Assembly: GCA_965219455.1 (NCBI GenBank)
Contig: OZ244744.1
Location: forward strand, 3,936,001-4,000,000
Length of the DNA: 64,000 nt
Direction: 5' to 3'
From: Candidatus Latescibacterota bacterium
GTDB lineage: Bacteria > Latescibacterota > UBA2968 > GCA-2709665
Shown here: one piece after another, positions 57,029 through 64,000 of the stretch
Layout: every line of letters begins with the position of its first letter
Numbering within the stretch: the first letter of the stretch is position 1
Translations under genes and position numbers: made by a program
Notes under the pieces: model-generated
The model's database searches: none
What the model was told of the DNA's origin: nothing
Seen by the model: the letters and a program-made list of their open reading frames with translations, nothing else

Positions 57029-58214
57029 ATGGATGTTGATCCCGCGCCAACGATATTGACTTCCCCCAACGCGGCAAACCGCTTCCGAAACCGGATCGCT
57101 CGGTTCTTCCCCCGGTTGAACCTCAGTGAACAGACCTTATTGATCAGTCTGGCCATTCTGGTCGGGGTCGGCTGTGGTGCGGGTTCGGTGCTGTTTCAGT
57201 GGTTGCTGGATGTGACGCACAGGCTGCTGCTTGTAGATGCACCGGCACTTCTGGGCAACCCCTTCCTGTTTCCCCTCATTCCTGCCCTGGGCGGTCTGGC
57301 CGCCGGGTTGATCGCCTGCTTCTATGAGGCCGAGGCGCGAGGCCCCGGCGTTGCGGAAGTGATGAACGCAATCATCACCAGGCGTGGCGTTATTCGCGCG
57401 CGGGTGATGGTTGCCAAGGCGTTTGCGTCTGCATTCACGTGCTGGGTCTGTTGTTGGGGTTGAAACTGCTTAGCACGTCTCGAGGGCGGCGATTATCCAG
57501 ATCGGCGGCGCTTTCGGCCGCCTCGCCGAGGCCTGGTTGCCCGGCCTCATCAGCCCCCCGGGCGCGTACGCGGTGGTTGGCATGAGCGCCTTCGTCGCCG
57601 CAACGACACACGCCCCCCTGACATCCTCGCTGATTATTGTGGAGATGACGGGAAACTACCGCCTCATTCTGCCGTTGATGTTCGCGACGGTTCTGGCGGT
57701 GGTGATGGCGCGTGTAATCGAGCGCGAGTCCATCTATTCGCTCAAGCTGAGACGCCGGGGGTTGAATATACACCAGGGGCGGGATCTGTCGGTATTGGAA
57801 AAACTACCGGTCTCGCGGATCGTACGCGCGGACTTCGACTTCATCAGAGAATACACCCCATTGCGCGAGATAGTCGACCTGATCGGCCGCAGTAATTTGC
57901 ACGACTTCCCACTTATGGATGACAAGGGTGGGTTCAAGGGCATGATCTGGTTTCACGACATACGGGAAGTGATGCTGGAGTACGATATGCATGCCCTGCT
58001 GATCGCCGAAGACGTGATGGGAAAACCACCGCCCACCCTCGAGTCCTCCAGATCACTGGCCGATGCGCTGGTTCAGTTTTCGAAGACGGATGCGGATACC
58101 CTGCCGGTATTTCGTTCCGATTCGCGCGAAGTACTGGAAGGGATCATCACTCGATCTGACCTGCTGCGCAGTTATGAACGGGAACTCCTGATTCGAGGCC
58201 GGGAGGCGGGATAG
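57029..58214 (+). pseudogene. ClC chloride channel/antiporter with CBS pair, disrupted and internally deleted
   Basis: N-part EARGPGVAEVM...KAFASA stops at 57463; the GREGP motif is garbled; IIQIGGAFG joins directly to PGAYAVVGM...HAPLT...EMTGNY and CBS domains. Confidence 0.8.
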
Positions 58215-58332
58215 CTCTCACCCACGGTCGCGCCGGACCGTGTCCGGTCGCACAAAGAAGTCGCCGATTCCCCATGCAGGTATTCCCGGGCATGATATTG
58301 GCGTATCCCCCTGTTTTTTTGTGCCTTTTCCC

Positions 58333-58361
58333 TTGACTACGAACAAGGGATGGGTTATTTT
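58333..58361 (+). promoter_or_regulatory. Putative sigma70 promoter
   Basis: TTGACT-N17-TATTTT upstream of the PTS IIA gene. Confidence 0.5.
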
Positions 58362-58436
58362 GGCGCTTCGCCCGGCCGGGCTGTGCCGGCATCGGATATT
58401 GACGGTGGTTTCGGGGTGTTTGCGGGAGAGGTTTTC

Positions 58437-58898
58437 ATGACCCTGATGGAGATTCTTTCAGGTAGGTCGGTAATCGCCGGGTTGAGGGGCCGGAACAAAC
58501 GGGAAATACTCGAGGAGCTGGTCGATGCCGTAGACGGTGACAAAATTACCGATCGAGGGAAGGTCCTGGAAGCCGTGCTTCTACGCGAGGAAATCATGAG
58601 TACCGGCATCGGACACGGTATCGCCATTCCGCACGGCAAATCCGAATATGTGAGCGAACTGGGCGGCGTTCTGGGCATTAAGCGGAATGGCGTTGACTTC
58701 GACGCGCTGGACGAACAGCCAACGTTCATCTTCTTCTTGCTGGTTTCGCCGATGGATGTTTCCGGGCCGCATATTAAGGCGTTGGCGCGCATCTCCCGCC
58801 TGCTCAAAGGCGAGGCGTTTCGCCGGCATCTCGTTGAATCGGAGGACCGCGAGTCCCTGATTGCCTGTATCGAAGAAGAGGAGAAACTACATTCCTGA
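58437..58898 (+). CDS. PTS IIA component (PtsN / fructose-mannitol type)
   Basis: REEIMSTGIGHGIAIPHG, GVDFDALD, HIKALARISR. Confidence 0.92.
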   Translation: MTLMEILSGRSVIAGLRGRNKREILEELVDAVDGDKITDRGKVLEAVLLREEIMSTGIGHGIAIPHGKSEYVSELGGVLGIKRNGVDFDALDEQPTFIFFLLVSPMDVSGPHIKALARISRLLKGEAFRRHLVESEDRESLIACIEEEEKLHS

Positions 58899-59149
58899 TT
58901 CATAAAGAACGGGCCCCGAAGTGCGACAGCCTGCGATAGATTGAGTAGCAGGTTTTTTTTGTATGCGGAGTGGAATTACGGGTTCGGCGTGGGACACGTT
59001 TATGGTGCCTGGACGGACCCCCGACGTTGACGGGAGGGTTCCGGCGGAGGTCTCGTCGGCAGGGTCGAAATCGACGCTCTATTCTCCTCTGCGCCACCAC
59101 AGATGTGGTAACTCGAACGCATGAATCTGCATTTGCATGTTGGATCGGC

Positions 59150-61246
59150 ATGTTTGGTCTATCCTTTTCATCACCGGCCATGCTGCACGGGTTGTGGGCC
59201 GCTCTGTTGCCGCTGGCGATTCACCTGTTTAACCGAAGACGGGCCGTGACCGTTGCATTCAGCAACGTGGCGCTCTTGCAGACGCTTCAACAGGATCGAA
59301 TGCGCCGCGTCAGGTTGAAACAGGTCCTTGTGCTGATTCTGCGCACACTGGTCATCTTGTTCCTCGTGCTTGCTTTTGCCCGGCCGACGTTGAAAGGGCT
59401 TGAGGGCAAGGGCTCCGTGCGAACGTCGGCGTCGCTTCTGCTGGATCGATCTCTGAGCATGAGTTACAGGGTGCCTGAAGGAACCCTGTTTGACCGCGCT
59501 CGAAACCGGGCGAAAGAGGTTCTGCATCTGTTCGATGCCCAGGACGATGTACATCTGTTTCAGGTGGATGACCGGGTGGGGGAGATTGGGCCAGGGCGTC
59601 CCGACCGCCTCGCGGCCCGGCTCGAGGTCATGCGGTACACACACAGGGGAACGGATTTTCGTCCCGCGTTGGAGGCAGCCCTGGCGCGTGCCTCTCAAAC
59701 GGAGATACCGAACAGAGAGCTCTACGTCGTTTCGGATTTTGCCCGAAACGGTTGGTCGGAAGTACCCGATACGCTTTTTAAAGGACGGGATATCACCGTG
59801 TTTTGCATTCCGGTACGGCCGTCCGAACTGAACAATATGGGCATCCGCCGCGCGTCCCCCGTCGAAGGGATTCTTGCCGCAGGGAGCGCTTCGACGCTCA
59901 GGGTGTCGTTGACGGATTACGGCGGCCCCGTCCGGTTGCGTGCGCCGGTACAGATTTATCTTGACGGACGCCGGATCGGTCAGCAAGTGATACGTACGGA
60001 GGCAGGTACCTCTCCGCGTCTCCACTTCCGATTCGTTCCGGAGAGGGGGGGACAGGTTCCCCTGCGCGTGGAGCTTGGAGACGACGACCTGGTGGCGGAT
60101 AACGTCTACACATCGGTTCTGAATATCCCGGAGCGCGTCCGGGTGCTGCTGGTGGCCGAGACCGAAGACGAGAGCTATTTCGTCTCAAGGGCCCTTGCCG
60201 CGGCGTCCAGGCAGGCGGTATCGGTTCGGTCGGTTCGGCCGGATGAATTGAACGCGGATCTTTTGCAGCAGACGGACGCGGCCTTGTTGTTTAACGTGTC
60301 GCGGCTGCCCATCGGCGCCTTGAAGGTCCTGAAATATCGGGTGCAGAGCGGAATGGGCCTGATGATCAGTCTGGGGGATCGGGTGGATTTCCGTTTTTAC
60401 AATGCCGCTGTGCTCCCGGGCTTGTTTCCGGCTTCGCTGGTGGGCATTGAGGGTTCTCCAGGACAGGTCAACACCTATCACAGGCTGCGTGAGCAGGTGC
60501 CCGATCACGCGATTTTCCGGGGCGTCGCTTCGGCGGAAGGGCTGCGAAGTCCGCGGTTTTACGCGTACTGCCGGATACGGCTGGGCGATACGTCGCAGCC
60601 TGTTCTCCTTTTCCGCAACGGCGACCCCGCCCTGGCCGAAACCAGCGTTGGCGCCGGTCGTGTGGCGTTGTTTGCCGCGGGATTGAAAACCGATCTGCGT
60701 TGGACCGACCTGCCTCTGTCGGGGTTTTTCGTTCCGTTCATACATCGACTGAGCCGCTATCTGGCCGCAGGTTCTCCCGGTCAGTCCGATTATTCTGTGG
60801 GCGACACGGTGTATCGGAACCGATCTGATGTTCAGGCCCGTGAGGCCCTGCTGAAACCTCCCTCGGGGGAGACGCGAACCATATGGCCCGAACAGCGCGG
60901 CGTACATTCGGTGTGGCCTGTCGGCGAGGTGGATATCCCCGGATTCTGGGAGATTTACGCACGGGACCGCCTGGCGGACCGATTCGCCGTTCGTATCAAT
61001 GCCGAGGAAGGGGACCCGACGCCTGCTTCAGCAGAGCGGCTGAAAAAGATATTCGCAGGCGCCCGTCTGCAAATTGTGGAACCGAAGGCCTCCCCGGCAG
61101 GCGCGGTCCGGGAAGCACGTGGGGGACGGGAACTCTGGCGGCTTGCTCTGGGGCTGGCGCTGATGTTGATGATTGGGGAGGCCATCGTCGTGCGATCGGA
61201 AAGACAGGGCAGGCGGGTTCAGACGGAGACTCGACCACCTGTCTGA
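59150..61246 (+). CDS. BatA N-terminal / VWA domain membrane protein
   Basis: PLAIHLFNRRR...FSNV...LLVLILR...AFARP; MIDAS DRSLS, TDF, VVSDF; glutamine-amidotransferase-like domain; C-terminal TM ELWR...E. Confidence 0.85.
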   Translation: MFGLSFSSPAMLHGLWAALLPLAIHLFNRRRAVTVAFSNVALLQTLQQDRMRRVRLKQVLVLILRTLVILFLVLAFARPTLKGLEGKGSVRTSASLLLDRSLSMSYRVPEGTLFDRARNRAKEVLHLFDAQDDVHLFQVDDRVGEIGPGRPDRLAARLEVMRYTHRGTDFRPALEAALARASQTEIPNRELYVVSDFARNGWSEVPDTLFKGRDITVFCIPVRPSELNNMGIRRASPVEGILAAGSASTLRVSLTDYGGPVRLRAPVQIYLDGRRIGQQVIRTEAGTSPRLHFRFVPERGGQVPLRVELGDDDLVADNVYTSVLNIPERVRVLLVAETEDESYFVSRALAAASRQAVSVRSVRPDELNADLLQQTDAALLFNVSRLPIGALKVLKYRVQSGMGLMISLGDRVDFRFYNAAVLPGLFPASLVGIEGSPGQVNTYHRLREQVPDHAIFRGVASAEGLRSPRFYAYCRIRLGDTSQPVLLFRNGDPALAETSVGAGRVALFAAGLKTDLRWTDLPLSGFFVPFIHRLSRYLAAGSPGQSDYSVGDTVYRNRSDVQAREALLKPPSGETRTIWPEQRGVHSVWPVGEVDIPGFWEIYARDRLADRFAVRINAEEGDPTPASAERLKKIFAGARLQIVEPKASPAGAVREARGGRELWRLALGLALMLMIGEAIVVRSERQGRRVQTETRPPV

Positions 61247-61525
61247 GAAGCTGTCGCAAAACCCCCAGAGGTCTTCGCGCCTGCCTGCGCGGCGCACCGC
61301 GCTGCAGACCGACACCTTTTCGCTCGCGCTCGGGAACGTGCCAGGAATTTGAAAAGAGCTTCTGAGAAACTCCTCGCAGCGGCCCGCCGGGGTTCATTTC
61401 GACGATTGTCGCGGCGACCAGCCGCCGGCCGGTCCCATGGCTCACGATTTAACGGCGGATCTAAGCCTGTGTCTGCCACCGTAAGGAATAAATATATGTT
61501 TTTACAGTAATTTATTAGTTTAGTC

Positions 61526-61554
61526 TTGACTTTTTAGAGGGGTGCTCGTATTTT
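61526..61554 (+). promoter_or_regulatory. Putative sigma70 promoter of topA with AT-rich UP region
   Basis: TTGACT-N17-TATTTT preceded by a very AT-rich tract (61487-61525). Confidence 0.6.
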
Positions 61555-61718
61555 TGAATCGGACGCGTTGCGTGCGTCACCCGGTAATTCCGGAGAGATC
61601 GTCAGGCGATGCATTGAGAGCGATGTGAACCCTTCTCTGTGTGCTTAACAACGTGTCTGAACCGTGGTGAGTCACTCGATGATGTCTTTCGATGTGGCTC
61701 GTTCTTTTGGGAGAAAAT

Positions 61719-64000
61719 ATGCCGGATGCACTGGTGGTGGTCGAGTCGCCTGCCAAGGCGAAAACGATTAACAAATTCCTCGGCAAAAGATTCAAGGTTA
61801 TGGCCAGTATGGGCCATGTGCGGGATCTGCCACCGAAGGAACTGGGAATTGATGTCGAAAACGGGTTCAAACCCACGTACCGGACCATTCGCGGACGGGA
61901 TAAATTCGTCAAGGCGCTTCGGTCGGCCTCCCGGTCGGCCGATCGGTTGATTCTGGCGACGGACCCGGACCGTGAGGGGGAAGCCATTGCCTGGCACGTG
62001 GCCGAGGCTCTCAAGCGGGGAGGCGATGCCCAGAGGGTGATGTTCAACGAGATTACGGAACGGGCGGTGAGGGAGGCGGTGGCCAACCCTTCCAGGATCG
62101 ACTCCAGGAAGGTAGACGCGCAGCAGGCCCGCAGGGTTCTGGACCGCCTGGTGGGGTACAAGGTCAGCCCGCTTCTGTGGAAAACGATTCATGGAGGTCT
62201 GAGCGCGGGGCGGGTGCAATCGGTTGCACTTCGCCTGATCTGCGAGCGGGAGGCGGCGATTGTTGCGTTTGTTCCGAAAGAATACTGGACCATAGACGTG
62301 AAGTTGAAGCGAGAGGATACCGTCCCGTTCAAAGCGCGGCTGTACAGGTTGAAGGGTGAGAAGCTGGAAGTAAAGAATCGGAATGAAGTGGACGCAATTT
62401 TGTCGGACCTTCGGGAGCTGGCGACGGATCCAACACCCCGGCTCGCCGACGTCGGAGTGTTGGATACACCCACCCCTGGCGGATATCGGATCGCAGACGT
62501 TAAAAGGCGGAAGCAGCGGCGCAACCCGTCTCCTCCCTTTATTACCAGTACGCTTCAGCAGGAGGCGTCCCGAAGGCTGCGGTATTCGGCTCGTAAGACG
62601 ATGCAGGTGGCCCAACAGCTCTATGAAGGCGTTGAGGTCCGGGGCGCCACGACCGATGCGAGCGAAACAACCGGTTTGATTACCTATATGCGAACCGACT
62701 CCACCCGGCTGGCAGGAGAGGCCGTATCCGCGGCAAGGGACTATATCCGGCAGCGTTTCGGAAAGGCCTATCTCCCGGCCAAAGCCAAGGCCTATCGAAA
62801 GGGGCAGGGCGCCCAGGATGCCCATGAGGCGATCCGCCCCACTGGTATCGAATATCCACCGCAGGCCATCGAGAAATATCTGACTGCGGATCAGGCGAAA
62901 CTGTATCGCCTGATCTGGGATCGGTTTATCGCGTGCCAGATGGCGTCGGCGGTATATAATCGGACGACGGTGGACATCCACGCGGGCGACTATGAGCTTC
63001 GAGTAACCGGATCCGTGCTGGAATTTGACGGCTTTACGGCGCTCTATACCGAGGGCACGGACGATGAGAACGAGGAAGCCGAGGCACGGCTGCCGGATGG
63101 TCTGAAGAAGGACGATGCCCTGATGATGATGGCACTGTTACCTGAGCAGCATTTCACAAAGCCTCCTCCGCGGTTCTCCGAGGCGACCCTCGTCAAGGAG
63201 TTGGAGTCGCGTGAAATAGGACGCCCCAGTACATATGCGCAGATTATCAGCACGCTCCAGGATCGGGACTATACGGAAATAAACAGCGGACGGTTCTCGC
63301 CATCGGACCTTGGCCGCACCGTAAACGGTATTCTGGTACAGGCGTTTCCCGACGTTTTCAACGTGGATTTCACGGCCCGTATGGAGGACGAACTCGACCA
63401 GGTCGAAAACGGCGAGGTGGTGTGGGTGAAGGTTGTCGAGGATTTCTACGGACCGTTTTGCAGGGATCTGGACCGGGCTGAAGGACAGCGAAAACAGATG
63501 AAGGCAGCGCTACAGGAGGAGACGGACAGAATCTGCGAGAAGTGCGGCAATGTCTTCGTAATCAAGTGGGGCCGAAATGGGCGTTTCCTGGCCTGTTCCG
63601 GATTTCCGGAGTGTCGCAATACACATCCACTCGAGGCGTCCGAGCCGGAACCATCGGGCGAGGTGTGCGAGAAATGTGGCTCGGAAATGGCGATCCGTAC
63701 CGGGCGGAACGGACGTTTTCTGGCCTGCTCGGGGTACCCGAAGTGTAAAAACACGCGGTCAATTTCGACGGGAGTGCCCTGTCCTCAGAAGGACTGCGAC
63801 GGCCAGCTCAAGGAACGGAGCAGCCGGCGGGGCAGGACGTTCTTCAGTTGCGGCAACTTCCCGAAGTGCACTTACGCGAGTTGGGACCGCCCGTTAAACC
63901 GGCCATGCCCGGTGTGCGAAGGACCGTTTCTGGCCGAACATACCGGTCGAAACGGTCAGACGTCCCTGCGGTGCCTGAAATGCAGGCATACGACCCCCGC
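61719..64000 (+). CDS. topA: DNA topoisomerase I (runs off the window end)
   Basis: MPDALVVVESPAKAKTI, GHVRDLP, ATDPDREGEAI, SAGRVQS, ITYMRTDS, AHEAIRPT, GRPSTY and C4 zinc ribbons; no stop within the window, so absent from the ORF track. Confidence 0.97.
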   Translation, partial: MPDALVVVESPAKAKTINKFLGKRFKVMASMGHVRDLPPKELGIDVENGFKPTYRTIRGRDKFVKALRSASRSADRLILATDPDREGEAIAWHVAEALKRGGDAQRVMFNEITERAVREAVANPSRIDSRKVDAQQARRVLDRLVGYKVSPLLWKTIHGGLSAGRVQSVALRLICEREAAIVAFVPKEYWTIDVKLKREDTVPFKARLYRLKGEKLEVKNRNEVDAILSDLRELATDPTPRLADVGVLDTPTPGGYRIADVKRRKQRRNPSPPFITSTLQQEASRRLRYSARKTMQVAQQLYEGVEVRGATTDASETTGLITYMRTDSTRLAGEAVSAARDYIRQRFGKAYLPAKAKAYRKGQGAQDAHEAIRPTGIEYPPQAIEKYLTADQAKLYRLIWDRFIACQMASAVYNRTTVDIHAGDYELRVTGSVLEFDGFTALYTEGTDDENEEAEARLPDGLKKDDALMMMALLPEQHFTKPPPRFSEATLVKELESREIGRPSTYAQIISTLQDRDYTEINSGRFSPSDLGRTVNGILVQAFPDVFNVDFTARMEDELDQVENGEVVWVKVVEDFYGPFCRDLDRAEGQRKQMKAALQEETDRICEKCGNVFVIKWGRNGRFLACSGFPECRNTHPLEASEPEPSGEVCEKCGSEMAIRTGRNGRFLACSGYPKCKNTRSISTGVPCPQKDCDGQLKERSSRRGRTFFSCGNFPKCTYASWDRPLNRPCPVCEGPFLAEHTGRNGQTSLRCLKCRHTTP

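Noticed and set aside
58900-59149. Possible ncRNA or riboswitch in the PTS IIA-batA spacer
   Set aside because: Only short hairpins; no recognisable tRNA, SRP, tmRNA or riboswitch motif.
61602-62981. 459-aa minus-strand ORF
   Set aside because: Shadow of topA, which occupies the plus strand from 61719 to the window end.

Overview
GC-rich bacterial genomic segment, probably from an uncultured FCB-group lineage such as Latescibacterota. This is inferred from the GWxTD-TPR proteins, dockerin-like EF-hand pairs and a T9SS/FlgD-type C-terminal domain. Housekeeping content: carB 3' end, pyrK-pyrD, rlpA, an S1-domain protein, an ArfB-like factor, an RND pump, His6-type hisA, thiL, copA, a LysM amidase, thiI, LysR/ino1, aceE-aceF-lpdA, vapBC, a PTS IIA, a BatA/VWA protein and the 5' part of topA. 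Two genes are eroded by internal deletions (pyruvate:ferredoxin oxidoreductase and a ClC-CBS channel), and a small family of IS630-like MITE/palindromic repeats is scattered through intergenic DNA. The most striking feature is a ~9.6 kb co-oriented envelope-stress locus (18.1-27.7 kb). A sigma54 promoter with a palindromic enhancer precedes pspA, a membrane-anchored winged-helix protein resembling the ESCRT-II Vps22/SNF8 C-terminus, two paralogous PspB-like proteins, an atypical STAS protein, an unlisted 58-aa membrane protein and an ECF sigma. These are followed by NfeD-flotillin, a cytoplasmic TPR histidine kinase, and a PspF-clade activator that has gained a receiver domain and lost the PspA-binding Trp. 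A second notable item is a lipoprotein joining SLBB, ~30 Tcp10/CPAP-like xxPDG hairpin repeats and a CAP domain. No rRNA, tRNA or CRISPR array was seen. All family calls come from motif recognition, not database searches.
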